Source: Eledone cirrhosa (lineage: Eukaryota). From it: a DNA stretch of 64,000 nt. Where the stretch lies: assembly GCA_964016885.1 (NCBI GenBank), contig OZ024740.1:333684001-333748000 (forward strand), given 5' to 3'. Position numbers and translations under genes: made by a program. Below the pieces are notes generated by a model that ran no database searches, was not told where the DNA came from, and saw nothing but the letters and a program-made list of their open reading frames with translations. Positions within the stretch are counted from its first letter, which is position 1. Each line of letters opens with the position of its first letter. This document shows positions 23,285-37,258 of the stretch, in pieces.

Positions 23285-25699
23285 TTATATATATATATAT
23301 ATATATATTGTATATATATATAGTATATATAAATACATATATATATAGAGAGAGAGAGAGGACAAAGAGAGAGAGAGAGAGAGGAGGAGGAGGAGAGAGA
23401 AAATAATGGATTGGAAGCCCCTTTCCGATAGGAGGCTTAATATGTGATTGCTCCTAGAAGATACCTTTTCGCGGCACATGCCCAAGTTTTCTGGAGGAAG
23501 AAATGCAGTCACTCGAGCACTCTGTATCTCACCTCTACACGCTATTAATGTAGTTCAATAAAAAATCAAAACTGATACTAATTTGCAACAGCAACGTAGA
23601 AACTAATTTGTCCAGCCTTTTATCTATATATATCATACAGTTACAAATGTACGAAAAACGGTTGTCTATGCTTTAACTTGATTCGTCATACATACATAAC
23701 TCTTAATGAAATTCATAATTTAAACTCTTTATACGTAAAACTGTTTTACATTTATAGATCAGACTGTGTTTTCCAATTCTAAACTCCCTATAGCAAAACA
23801 TATAACATTATAACATTCATATAACTTCATGTGGACATATGAATTATTGTTTTTACATCATCTGAACTGATATATATGCATAAACGCACTTGTATATCGT
23901 TGTGTATGCACAGTGCCACATTATGATATATACAGTGTTGTAAAGATATTCACTCAAAGAAATATTTTCTTGCAGTGCAATTAATCGATATTTGTTTTGC
24001 AAAAACAAAATCATAACACTTAAACATTTTGGCTTTTATCCAATATTTTCAGATCGGTATTCTATATTTTATTCTAATCCTGCTGTTACTTACTGGGGAT
24101 TAGGGCAATGACATATTGCCTGCTCATCATTTTCGTATGGTCGCCTATATAAAAATTGATTTTCATACTTGATGTATAGAGATAAGTATATGCGCATCAA
24201 CGTGTATTCTCCTAGTGCAGCCTCAATATTATATGATTTTATAAAATTATTCTTACATTCGTCGGTTTATGACTGGTTTAATGATACATTTACTACTCGC
24301 AGTTAAATCGACATTCTGAGATATCTATTTAATTCTCTTTTGTATAATACATGTTTGTACCTGTAAATATACGCGTTTTTTATTGACCCTTCTGGAATTG
24401 TCCTCAATTGGACGAGATATCTGAAATCTCTGTTTATTAGGAGTTCATGTTAAACTAGTTCACAAAAGCAGGCAAGTATTTTCTTACAATTCTACAATAG
24501 AGAGGTCCATCCTATGTAGGCTGAATCCAGGAGTAATACCGTAAAACTTGCATCGTTTTCGTAAAACACAGTTTTCTGCCTCCTTATAGATATATCCAGA
24601 AGACCATTGAAATTTTCATATTTTCTTTTGACATTACTTGACTGATTCTATTTTCAGGTTCAGTATTCTCCAAAAAACTCTTCACAATATATTCCCATAC
24701 CCTTTTAATCGCAACAGGATTTTTAGTATAGCAGGTATTTCTCAATTTCTCTAGGTTGATTTTTCTCATCATGCGAAACAATATTAATTGCCTATGGATA
24801 TGTTAGAAATATTCTATAACATAACGTATAGTTTGTTAGTGGTGGCTTTACGCTGAAGGAATTCGATATCCCTATGCAAGTTAACTTACGTATACATCAC
24901 TACAATATTTGTATCCCAGATGACTTCATACGAATCGATTTTACAGTACAGCCACTTAATACCAACTAATGATGTATAAAATTGAAATTTTTTCAATCTC
25001 AGAATCTCATAGGGAATCATGAAGGAACTACCATATACTTTAACATCACCAACATAAATAGTTGTTCACATTTAAACAGTGCACATTATATTTTCGAAAA
25101 TTAAACTACAGAAGTAGGTATAGGCAAAGCTACGGCAATATGATTGACTACAATGTAATTGGCTATGGGTTTAGTTTCCATGCGTGGAAATTCGAAAGCT
25201 TGTTGATTAATATATATATATATATATATACATAAGAAAACATTATATATACATATATATATATGTGTGTGTGTGTGTATTAAATATTTCCGTGGAAAAG
25301 GTAAAGGAAAATAGAGTGCTGTATGTGTAGTACAGAGCTATTTAATTACATAATAATCATCACAATATATAATTATTCCCTTACCAAAGGCTTTAACTAA
25401 CTAGACGATCCACATAGAAATGTCCTGCTCATTCATCAATTGAAAAAAAGACTATTCAATCTGATGAGCAGGCCGGGCGTTTCTGTAAGGATCGTCTATT
25501 TTCTTGAAACGTTTGGTAATCGTATAATTATATATTGTGTTGTTTATTTTGTAATTAAATATACTAGTAGAAGAACTACCTCTCGGTGGTTTTCTGTTAG
25601 CATATATAGGGTGCGTATTGGTATTATACGAAAATATATAAGCATATAGATATATGTAAATTGAAAAGTAAATTGGCAATATCTTCTTCGCCCACTTAT

Positions 25700-26095
25700 T
25701 TCTTGGCGGGTCGTGGGGCAGAGTCCTCCTCAAACCCTCCTTCCAGCGAGTCTGTCAGAAGCAAACATCTCTAATTGATCCAGCGTGATCGCAAAACTAT
25801 CTTTCTCAGGGTCTACCTCTGTGACTCCTGCCGGTTGGTTTTGCCTGTAAAGACTGTCCAGTGATTCTTTCCTAAGAACATGTCCATAGTATCGGAGATG
25901 TGATCTCCCAATCCAGAGAAGTAGCGGCTCTACCTGGAGTGACGGTCTGATCTTCGAACTATGCACTTTATCCACTAAAGTTACTCTAAAGACCCTACAG
26001 AGGAATCTCATTTCGGCTGCTTATGTTCGTGATTGTATTCTTTCGGTCAAAGTTGGCATGAATACCGAATTGAAGATATCGAATTTGGCTTTTAC
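25700..26095 (-). mobile_element. RTE-clade LINE 3' fragment
   Basis: AAEMRFLCRVFRVTLVDKVHSSKIR...LRYYGHVLR, typical of an RTE ORF C-terminus. Confidence 0.75.
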
Positions 26096-26603
26096 ACCTA
26101 CCTCATTTATTATGGTTACCCTGTGACCCTGGTCAAGAGGTAGGTGCCTTATCCGTGATGCCTCAGTTAGTCACTCTTTTGCATCTTCTTTGATCCTGGA
26201 TGCAGCGGTAAAGTGATGCTCTTGAGGGCGCTTGGGTTTTCCAGCACACAGCCCCGCCATCACCAGAAGTAACGCTGCGAGTGTGCTGGCTTGCCTCAAA
26301 AATAATTAGAGATTTTTCCTAGTACTCCTCGCGATATTGATATATTTTGCTCTAGCAGAGGCTCGTTTGTCCAACCCTTTCGCCTGACCTTTGTTGTATG
26401 TGGTCCTAGATGTGTGTGCTTGCTTCAGTGTTTTTCTCTTTTTTCCTTTCCTTTGAATATATTGTATATATTTGTGTTTTCGTTCTGTAAGCATTATATT
26501 ATTATTTTTTTATTTATATAAATGCATGTATATGCACATAGGCACACATATATATTCTCGACAGCGTGTTGAAAAATGCTAATCTCTTCATCTTTCTTTT
26601 TCA

Positions 26604-26736
<133 letters not shown>

Positions 26737-26761
26737 TATATATATATATATATATGTATAT

Positions 26762-26962
26762 GAAAAGATTCAGGACCCCGACAACTGAGCTCCAGCCGTT
26801 TCGACAGCTAGATCCTAATTCAGTTCGGATCTAGCTGGTGTTCATTTTGCAAGTTTCCGGTTATCGAACCAACCAACCCACCACCGATCCAAGCAGAAGC
26901 TTATAATAAGTTGAAGTAAAAATCAACAGGTGGGTGTGTTTTTACAGGCAGCCTGACCTTCT
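26762..26962 (-). mobile_element. Fragment related to the HHR-bearing repeat at 36978-37170
   Basis: The minus strand has stem cagctagatcc/ggatctagctg then tc-GAAA-cggctggagctcagttg-TC^ggggt. The 5' core is not recognisable. Confidence 0.45.
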
Positions 26963-28709
26963 CAAATATAACACACGTTTTCAGATAAGAAATCTCGCAA
27001 AACAAATTCAAAAAACAAATATATATATGTGTGTGTACGTGTGCGTGTGTGTGTTAGTGTGCGTGTGTGTATGTTCGTGTATGTGTGTGTGTGAGTATGT
27101 GTGTGTGTAAGTGTGTGTGAGTGTGTGTGTGGATGTGTGTGTGTGCGCGCGCGTATATCTGTATAATGATTAGTACATTTAATATTTTCAATAACGGCGT
27201 AGTTCAACACCATGTTTTATATATATCATATAATCCGGTTTGTTGCCCTCCATGTTCCTGTTGTGTGATAGTATTTTATATCAGGTGTGGAAATTTTGTA
27301 CAACGTATATGAAATGCATTTGTCCTATGTTAGTAAATGATGTTTACATTGGCGATGTTATGGTTTACGACTTTTTTATGTTCTGACAATCAATAATTTT
27401 TTCCCGCTCTAGTACCTATAATGTGTTGATTCATGTCTCCACAGTAATTTTCAGAATATTTTGCCACAAATTTGAAATACATTTTAAGCCAAATATGTCA
27501 TATTTTATCAATTCCGCTTGCTTCTTAGTAGCTAGTCATGTTAATTACATTGGGGAATTGCCTGCTAGAAGTGTTGGGATTTATTTGCATTGTTACCAAT
27601 TATTTTGACTTCTTTAATTTTAACCCATTCAATACTTTGATAGCTCTGATTCGTTTCTATTCCAATTTGGTAATGATAGTCTCAAACAGACTGAAGCAGT
27701 TTGTAAGATGATGTCTCTGGAGACTTTTAATTTTGATTTTCTTGAAGGAATTATATCATCAATAAGGAGACCTACAGTTTAGTTGTTTTTTTTTATTACT
27801 TACGAAACGTCATATCAATTTATATTTCTTACTATTTTATATCTATGAATTGAATATATTTATTGCCTCATCTCACGCATCCTGGCTACTACGGTAAATG
27901 AATGTAGTTATATTCAAGCCCGAGAGGGCTTGATAAGATGGATACCATACAAAATACATGGACTATTAATGGAATGAACGTATTCACGGATTAATTCTTT
28001 AAACTGTTGGTCGTAAAGCAGCAATAATGTGTTACATTTAAAAATTATATCTGTTATGTCACGAGAAAGTGGTATTGAAAAGAAGCAAAAGTGTTTAGTT
28101 CCACATAAACATACTCAAACTATCTTCTGACACGTTTATACGAAATAGGATAATATGCAATCTAGAAAATATGTTCTTTGTGAAGAAAGAATGCATTGGA
28201 TTTCTCTATATCATGCACTTGATATCAAGTGCATTGAAACCATACGACTTCTAATGAATTCCATATTTATCAAAAAAAATATTAACTTACTTATCTCATT
28301 TATTTCTATTATTTCGCAAGATACATGAAAATGAAATGAAACAGTATTCAATTAATTAATATAAATATTATACGGGAAAGAGACATACTATTTTGAAGGT
28401 GACAATAAGATGATTTGCACTGCAAAATTTCCTTTATTTTAATTTTAATATGATTTTCTGACCTCTCTCGAAAACTAAATTCGGAGGAAGAAAGCCGTAA
28501 CCTACAATATATGCCTGTAATGAATTATTTTTATATCTAAATTTCTCAAATATTTTTTGAAGTGGTAGATCATATTACAAAGTGTATATATAGAAGAGGT
28601 TCGCTTTACATACTTGTTCTAAACATTCTGGTAGTGCCATCCCTCTTACTATCGCATGTGAATATCTTGTTTTGTAAGTTGTGATCACTTCTCGTGTATA
28701 TTGTTTGCC

Positions 28710-28752
28710 TGAGAAAAACGAGAGAGAAAGAAAAACGAGAGAGGGAAAGAAA

Positions 28753-28806
<54 letters not shown>

Positions 28807-29621
28807 GAGAGAGAAAAAACGAGAGAGAGAGAGAAAAACGAGAGAGAAAGAAAAACGAGAGAGAAAAACGAGAGAGAAACGAGAGAGGGAGAAAAACGAG
28901 AGAAAGGGAGAGAAAAACGAGAGAGGGGGAGAGAAAAACGAGAGAGAGGGAGAGAAAGAAACGAGAGGTGAGAACCAAGCAATAGAGAGGGAGAGAGAAA
29001 ACCGAGAGAGAGAGAAAAACGAGAGAGAGAGAAAAACGAGAGGGAGAGAAAAACGAGAGAGAGAGAAAAACGAGACAAAAACGAGAGAGAGAGAAGGGTT
29101 GACAGAAACGAGAGAGAGGGGAGAGAAACGAGAGAGGGAGAGAGAAAAGAGAGAGGGGGAGAGAAACGAGAGAAGGGGGAGTCAAACGAGAGAGGGGGAG
29201 AGAAACGAGAGAATGGTGGAGAGAAACGAGAGAAGGGGAGAGAGAAACGAGGGAAGGGGTGAGATAAACGAGAGAAGGGGGAGAGAAACGAGGGAGAGAG
29301 GAGGAAAGAGAAACGAGGGAGAGAGGATGAGGGAGAGAGAAACGAGAGAGAGGAGGAGGGAGAGAGAAAGGAGAGAGAGAGGGGGAGGAGGATATATAGA
29401 GGGATGGGGGAACGAGAGGGTGAGAGAGAAACGAGAGAGAGGGGGAAGAGAGAAACGAGATAAAGGAGGAGGGAGAGAGAGAGAGGGGGGGGGGAGAAAC
29501 GAGAAACGAGAGAGAGGGAGCGAAGCGAGAGAGGAGGGAGAGAAACGGGAGAGAAGGGGAGAAGGGGGAGAGAAACGAGAGAGAAGGGAGAGAAACGAGA
29601 GAGAAGGGAGAGAGAAACGAA
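28710..29621. repeat. Purine-rich minisatellite built on gagaaacgagag
   Basis: Dozens of (GA)n-AAAC-GAG units, with almost no pyrimidines on the + strand. Confidence 0.9.
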
Positions 29622-30327
29622 AATAAGATAACATTTAATGTTACTATGGTATTATAAACTACCTATTCCAAGCAAAATGCCTGCTCTATTCAGGGAAGTT
29701 TACATATCAGAACTGTGATATCATTAAACATCCCCCACAAGACTAATTTACAAAAGTAAAATCTATCATAATTATAAAGACTCGAAACGAAGGATTAAAT
29801 TGGAATAAATTCAAACAATACATAGAGGTCGTTACTCTAAGAGGTTTATGTAAAAAAAAAATAGACAAAACTCTTTAAAGATAATTCTTCAAAATATCAA
29901 ACTGACGTATTTTATAAAGTAACTGCCTACATAAACAGAAAATGATGTACGTAAGGTCTGATTCTCTAAAAGACAAGATGGCGTAAATTAGAATAAAGAC
30001 GAAAACAGCAAACAAAAATAGTTAATGAAGAGATTACAGGGTATGGATAACGAAAGGGCTCTGTTAGTGATCATGACAATTACCAATTAAACAACCATCG
30101 CCACACCTGCATAAACACACCGGGGCACTGATGTCGTCGAAGTAGAAGGCAACAGTTGATAAAGCCTAGTACCATTGACTTCGAAACACATTTCGACAGC
30201 CGAGTACACTGGATACGTGAAAGAAAGTGCCTTGCTCGAGGATACAACACATTACCCGGAGCAAATCCAGCTTTCTATCTACTTAGTCATGAGCCTTCAC
30301 CGGAAGTAGAACAATATATATACACAC

Positions 30328-30363
<36 letters not shown>

Positions 30364-30364
30364 G

Positions 30365-30400
<36 letters not shown>

Positions 30401-30671
30401 GATGGCATTTAAACATCTATTTGAAGAAATTGCATTCATTAACTGTTACATATAGTAATTCAGATGTTTTTAAAATGTAAAGAACAGGTGTTGCAAGAAC
30501 TAAATTTGAACGTATGGAACCGTCTTTCTTTTTGATATTGATACTCAGTCTGTTGTCATATATGTAATACCTTCGATACACTTAAATGTGGTGTGCTTAC
30601 TTTTGATCAAACCATAGTTGGTTGATTGTGTGGATCAACTAACACTGATTATTGAAACATATATATATATA

Positions 30672-32595
30672 TGGAGAAATGTCTCCCTAGGCCCACAAGT
30701 ACCATAAAATATTCAACAGGCAGACGGTGAAACTTTCCTACTCAACCACACGCTCCGTAGCCCAGCACATAGCTGGCATACATAGGAATAGGCTCAATGC
30801 ATCTAATACCACCGTAAACCCCGGATCCACCCAGCAGAACCAGCGCGTGGGACGCAACGTAACCCGGACAGGCCCAACTAGCACACCGGAACCCAACGAC
30901 CCTGTGCTGATTACGGAGGCTACCCAGCCAACCCTGAGTGATGGTAACCACGCGATACATGTGGTGGGCTTAAGAATTCATGTAATTGCAGAGACCCATC
31001 ACTGTGCCCCCTTAATAATGAATGCATGACGAAAAACATGGTCTACATGTGCAAGGTCACAACCCCTAACTCGGAGCACCATTACATAGGATCCACAGCG
31101 ACGAGCTTCAAAGATCGGTGGTATAACCATCGCCATTCCTTTAACAGAATATATAAAAGGAAGTGTACGGCCCTTTCTGAATTGATCTGGAAGCTCAAAC
31201 TTTAAAATACCCCGGACTTTCTGGTCTGGTCCGTGGTTAGAAAGGTTCCCCCAGACAGAGGCGGGTCTGGAATTTTCAACCTCTGTCTTAGTGAGACACA
31301 CGAGATTGTTCATGGCGGAACTAAGTTATTAAACAGAAGTGCGGAGTTATTCGGTGCCTGCAGACAATTAAGGACGGGAACTTTCCTCAAGCTATATGGA
31401 TAAACCCCGGTTACGGCCTCCCACAACGCTCCCTCCCATGTAGGTCCCCTACACCCTGTACTAATGACCAATGGACAACAACAACCACCCATAGTTTGTG
31501 GTCCCTATGGTGGATGGTCCACCGGATCCTCTACTGGTTAGGAGTCATCTAAACCACGTTTTATTGAACCTGATTTTATATATATATGTATATATGTATC
31601 ATGTGTATATATATATATTTTATATGTGTATATATGTGTACTTTATGTATGTATATATATGTATATATATTATATATATATGTATATGTATGTGTATTTT
31701 ATATATATATATATGTATGTATGTTTTATGTGTGTATATATTTTATGTATGTGTGTATTTTATGTATATATATTTTTTTAATATTTTTATATCTATATAT
31801 TTTATATATATGTATGTTCTGTGTATATATGTATATATTTTATATATATATATATATATGTATGCTTGTGCGTACATACATGCATGCGTGTATATATATA
31901 CACACCTGTATGGATTTGTGTGTGTACATGTGTGAGTGTCTGAGGGGGGTAGGTGTGAGTGTATGTACAAGTCAACCAGCATAAACCTTTTATTTCTAAA
32001 TTTTCTAAACTATCTAAGTATTGGACTCTAACCATTATTTTAAGTATTACTCCCCACCCCCTTTTGTATGTGTGGATGTGTGTCTGTGAAGGTGGGTGTG
32101 AGTTTAGTGCAAGCCAACCTACATAAGTCTTTTCATTTGTAAATGTTCTACTCCAACCATAAATTTCAGTAGCACCACTCCACGTAAATTCCTAAATTTA
32201 AGAATGACCTGTAGTATATATTAATACTATTAACCCTAATTGAATATATATCTGACCAGGAATGCCTTTTGTGAAAATCAGTCATATGGAACTATTGTCA
32301 TCTTGCCTGACGGTTTGAACTTTACAAAACCACCTGCCTCTTTGAGGTCAAATACCAACCCTTCTACCATCTACAAACTGACCAATGAGAATCAAGACTA
32401 TTGCTGCTGACAATATTGATTTATTCCTAACAAGCTCATATGTCCCAAGGCTCTGATACCATCAACACTATAAACACAGAGCTGGCATATCTAAGAACTG
32501 ACTAACTGCCTGATGAGGTCATAGCCATTCAATGGCTATCATCGAAATATATATAGCAGTAAATAAAGGATAAATTGACTTATGTTTCGTCACTA
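30672..32595 (+). mobile_element. PLE 3' fragment (GIY-YIG domain, long 3' region, hammerhead)
   Basis: KLSYSTT...CNCRDPSLCPLNNECMTKNMVYMCKV...HYIGSTATSFKDRWYNHRHSF at ~30730-31145. HHR near the end. Confidence 0.8.
32505..32560 (+). ncRNA. Canonical type I hammerhead ribozyme
   Basis: actgc-CTGATGA-ggt(c)atagccat(tca)atggctat(c)atc-GAAA-tatata-TA^gcagt, AATAAA directly downstream. Confidence 0.85.
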
Positions 32596-32615
32596 TATGT
32601 ATATATATATATATA

Positions 32616-32834
32616 CAGTTTCGGACTAGGTCTGAAATATTGGTTGCCAGGAGATGAAGGGGCTCACCTACATATAGAATGCTATCATTTACTTTTTATA
32701 ATGAATAAATAACATTTTCGTAAAATACATAAGTGGAAACAAAACAGCGCAATCAAATTTTTGCGCAAAATATCTTACTTTCTTCAATAAAAAATATTAT
32801 GTATTTTGCGATATCCAGAGACTTTCAATAATGA
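32616..32834 (+). mobile_element. Left end of the hAT-like DNA transposon family seen at 37256
   Basis: High similarity to 37256-37473. Confidence 0.6.
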
Positions 32835-33518
32835 CCAGAAGTCGAGCCTAAATATTAGCAATAGATCTAGGAGAGCCATGAACGCGATGCCGCAACTTTT
32901 TAACTTTGATTTTGAAAGTTGGTTTATATTTATCAATTTTCAGTATACTTTGGTAGCTGTTTCCATGGCCCAGGAATCATAGACGGTGGTGAGCCTGGTC
33001 TGAAGTTCGATCCTTGTAGGGAGTAGGTTTCCCAGTAAGCTCTTTCAGTTTTTTGGTGGGGTTGTAAAATAAAAACGTTTACATGTACCTCTTGACCAGT
33101 ATTGAAACAAAGTACAGAATCTCTACTGTCTCTTGTACCTACCGCTAGGCCGCAGAGACAAGTACGAAAATCATATGAAAATTCATACAAATATACCTAC
33201 TTTCAAATTTTTCAAAACAAAGTGTTGTGGTTTCGTTCATTCCTTTCTTAATGTTATTGCTCCTACTTAAGGTTGACTTCTAAATCATTTGGGTGTTCTA
33301 TAAACTACGTCCTCGTTTTTTTTCACATCTATCTAGACTATATTTTAACTTGTGATCCATGTTTAATTTCTGTTGCGCCTCATTGCTCCCCTATCCCTCT
33401 CTGCCTCTCGGTGATATGTAAATCTACTATGATTTGGGCTTGCTTTATTCATATATATATATATATGTTTTTGCATGTCAGATTCAAACTTACAATGATC
33501 GGCATTATATGTATATAA

Positions 33519-33702
33519 GGGCGGTGGATTGGCAGTATCGGTAGAGGGTCGGACGCCATGCTTTCCAGCATAGTTACGTCCCTTTACGATCTGAGTTCAA
33601 ATCCCGCCGAGGTTGACTTTGCCTTTCTTCATTACGGGGTCGATAAAATAAAGTACCAGTAATGCACTGGTGAATTGCTGGCCCTGTGCCTAAAGTAGAA
33701 AC

Positions 33703-33706
<4 letters not shown>
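33519..33706 (+). mobile_element. Full-length tRNA-derived SINE (Meta-domain-like core)
   Basis: A box tggcagtatcgg, B box gagttcaaatcc, core gactttgcctttc..ttacggggtcgataaaataaagtaccag. About nine copies in the window. Confidence 0.85.
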
Positions 33707-33795
<89 letters not shown>

Positions 33796-33798
<3 letters not shown>

Positions 33799-34215
33799 TA
33801 AAATAACAGATTAAAGTTTAAGCAAAGAATCGCTGCTTTCACCCTTAACGGGATCTTCTGAAACTAACAAAGTCAATCTGTAAACGCAGAACAGGATATT
33901 TGAAAAAACGTTGCAACCGGAGGAAGACAGGAAGACGATACTTTGGTTCGTTGTAACGTTCCTGGCAAAGAACGGGAAAAAACGAATAATGCGTCATTAA
34001 TAGGAGCGGTGAAAAACAATTACGCGCAAAGACAAAACCACGTTTATGGTATAAAGGAGGTCGTAGACTAATGTTCTCTTAGGTGGTGCATAGAGACGTT
34101 CTCTGGCAATGAACGAAAAAACGAAGATAATAAGTCATATGTGGAGCGTGGAGAACAACAGCACGCAAAGACAAAACCACGTAAATGGTATAGCAGAAAT
34201 CGTAGACTAAAATTC
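33796..34215 (-). mobile_element. Helitron-family internal fragment with ~140-bp tandem duplication
   Basis: Reverse complement of ~5650-5860. 33955-34072 repeats at 34096-34210. Confidence 0.6.
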
Positions 34216-34794
34216 TAACTAGGAGACCAAATGAATCTCCGCTACAGGGTTAAGAACAAAGTAAATAAATACAATACAGAAGTAATAGAAACAAATAAAT
34301 ACATACACGCAAACAGATACGTACATACACAAGCATACGCAAAACCTTACCATGGGTATACAAAACCACGCACATATAAATATGTGTGTGTGTGTGTATG
34401 CTTGTGTACAAATAAATAAATAATTATATAAACGTATATAAGTCAATAAATACGTATATAACAAGCGCACACGCATACCTACATATAAATACACGAATGT
34501 TCGGAGACGTAAGTCAACTAAAACAAGAAATACACATATACACCCACCCACCATACGTACGAACCTGCACACTCACGCGGACGCAAAACTCCCGTATACA
34601 CATAGCCAAACCCTAAATACCAAAATATGTAAAAATTATACGCTATAACAGTCAAATATACGTACGAGAAGGTATACATACCTTCACAAAACATACGGGT
34701 AATATATACTTACCTATGCAAATAAGTAAAGGAATAAACAAAACATATACTTAGCTACCACATCAAGACGTAAAATATCCACGTATAGATCGTG

Positions 34795-37170
34795 CTATCC
34801 GTTAGGGTATAACGTGGGGCTGTAATACAGGAAAGTTTTGTGCAATTTATGTTTACAAGCCGAAATTGCCTCAGAATTTTTGTTTAAGATGTGGTCTGTA
34901 GCGTAGAGTATTTCCAGGGCCTCAGCGGCGCAGAGGTCACATGGTCTTTTATTTTCGTTATACGATCTAGCCCTAGCTAGGATCTCCCAGTGTAACTTAT
35001 ATTGGGTGTGGTTGTCTTTTAGACTCCAGATATAAGCTGAAAGTGACGTCATATTCCTTCTTAAATTTATCCTGGTATTTAAATAGCCGAGCTTCTCAAG
35101 GGGTAATTCCATATATGGTCAAAGTGATTGTCAAAAGGATTGGTCACAAGTTAGTAGTAATTCTGTGATGGCAAATTAGTGGGGGAAGAGGTAGCTAAAC
35201 CTGCCAGTAGGAAAAAAAGGGGAGGGGGTGGAGTAGACCCATTCATGCGTTGGTAGTGCCGGCTACAGCTGGGCGAGAGGTCAAAGAAGATACTAGGGAG
35301 GGGGAGGGGGAGGAAGTCGAAACGGTAGGTAGAACAATGAAGGGTAAATATATATAAATAAAAAATACTGAGTGATAAAAAGCGAATAAATGTAAAGAAA
35401 AAAATAAGCAATTTCTACGACCTAAGTCTCTCGCTATTGCTAGGCTAAATAAATAAATAAATAAGTAAATAAAAAAAAAAAATAAAAAAAAAAAATAAAT
35501 AAATAAATAAACTAGGTGGGACGGTATAAGAAGGGACCCTTTTAAGAGTTCTAAGTACGTATATCATATGGTGACGGGTCAACAAGGGGGGGGGGGGGGG
35601 CAAAATACTAAAGAAACTACCACGAAATAATTAATAAAGGTTTCTACCCAGGCACAAGGCCAGCAACCACCCAGTGCAGAAAAGTAAATTAGAACGAAAT
35701 AATAATTCAGAGTCCCGAAAAAAATATACTAATGCTGACTCTAAGGGTACCGCCACGCTACGAAAGTTCTTATACAAGCTACAAGAAAGTTCGTACGAAG
35801 TAAAAGTAAAATACGGAAAATTAATTCAGAATCCCTCCCCCCCCCCCCCCCCCCCCCCCCCGCCCAAAAGAAAAGAGAAGTAAGAAATACTGAATAAACG
35901 AGAAATTTAAAGCAAAGATGCCACTAAGAGATATAGAAGGTACGGAAATAAAGGGGCAGCGGTCGGATAAGGGGGCAAGTATCCGAGGTCTAACACAACT
36001 GCTATAAAAAGCGGAGTCCGCCAAATCTATCATAGAATAGGGGAGGGGGTGGGGGTACTGAGGCTACAAGGGGCCGAGGGGCTGCCTCGAGTGAGCGAGA
36101 AAAAGACGCCGACAAAGAAAAAGAACTGGGGTAGAAGGACTAGGGAGGGATGGGGAGAAGAAGGAAATATAGAGGAAGCGATAAAAGAATATAAAAGAAG
36201 ATCTTACGTCTCCCTTGGCAAGCAGGAATTACCCATTACAAAATCGGCAAGTGGGGTGTTATAGCCCTAGTCTACCCCCACCCCGGGTCATTGTGGAGTT
36301 TGAGGGCGAGGTAAGTCCTACGCAATCTGTGTTTACATGCAGTAACCAGTTCATCTTTTTTGTTTAGGAGTTGGTCCATCGAAAACAGCATTTGTAAAGT
36401 TTCCTCCGAGCATAAATTGCACGGACAGCGTCCTCCCGTGTAAGAGTTGGCTCTGGACAGTAATCTCCAAGTGAGATCATAGGTGATGTTGTTGTCCTTG
36501 AGGTCCCATTATTGGCCCGAAAGTGTAGTGGCGTGACACCGGGCCGGGTTTCGGAAGGTATGTCTGCGTTAGTATAGCCGGGTCTTGAAGTCACATGCGG
36601 TTAATCCTATATAAGCTTTGTTGGAGGTGTCCGTCCTCACGTTGCACTGGTAGATCACATTACGGTCTCTGCATCTGTTGTCGAGGGGGAAAATGGATCT
36701 ATCAGGACAGTTGCACCTCCTGGTCGGCTCTCCACTGCTATTTAGGTTATTTCTTCCATCGGGGTTGAGTTTTTTGTTGTTGGAGAAGACGATGTTTTGT
36801 GCGAAGTTTGGTGTAGTGCTGTAAGAGAGTTTGTTGGTATTTTTGTTAATTATGTTGTGGTAGCGGTGTTGTAGTGGGAAGTGTTTTTCAAAGAGCCTAA
36901 AGAATAACTTCCCGATGGGAGTTGTCACCTTTGCGTTGTGGGGAGGATTGAACCATGTTACAATGCGTGAGCGGCGGTGACAATCACTTTGACCATATAT
37001 GGAATTACCCCTTGAGAAGCTCGGCTATTTAAATACCAGGATAAATTTTCATTTAGTCCATAATTAGCCGTCGAAACGGCTTGAGCTCAGCCGTCGGGTC
37101 TTACTGGTTCCTATTACCCACTCTACTACCCTAAGTATTGAGTACGTTGGCGCGTTATGGTCCACCTGGT
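34795..37170 (-). mobile_element. Composite PLE remnant: two GIY-YIG fragments plus an inverted terminal repeat
   Basis: CNCPDRSIFPLDNRC..NVIYQCNV..AYIGLTACDFKTRLY (36569-36928) and TSLSAYIWSLK..WEIL..CDLCAAE (34795-35065). A ~80-bp inverted repeat pairs 35065-35133 with 36978-37047. Confidence 0.8.
37008..37098 (+). ncRNA. Type I hammerhead ribozyme (U3:A8) with enlarged stem II and long stem III
   Basis: ccc-TTGAGAA-g..cggcta[loop]tagccg-tc-GAAA-cggct(tgagctc)agccg-TC^ggg, predicted cleavage after 37095. Confidence 0.6.
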
Positions 37171-37190
37171 TCCTTACCACATTTCCTTCG

Positions 37191-37255
<65 letters not shown>

Positions 37256-37258
<3 letters not shown>

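Noticed and set aside
24584-24781. Possible host exon (also 27630-27775 and 23466-23522, minus)
   Set aside because: Short open frames with no recognisable motif and weak splice signals. Cannot be supported without homology or RNA data.
28575-29634. Long Arg/Glu- or Ser/Leu-rich ORFs
   Set aside because: Translations of a GA minisatellite. The many YIYI/CVCV ORFs elsewhere are likewise microsatellite artefacts.
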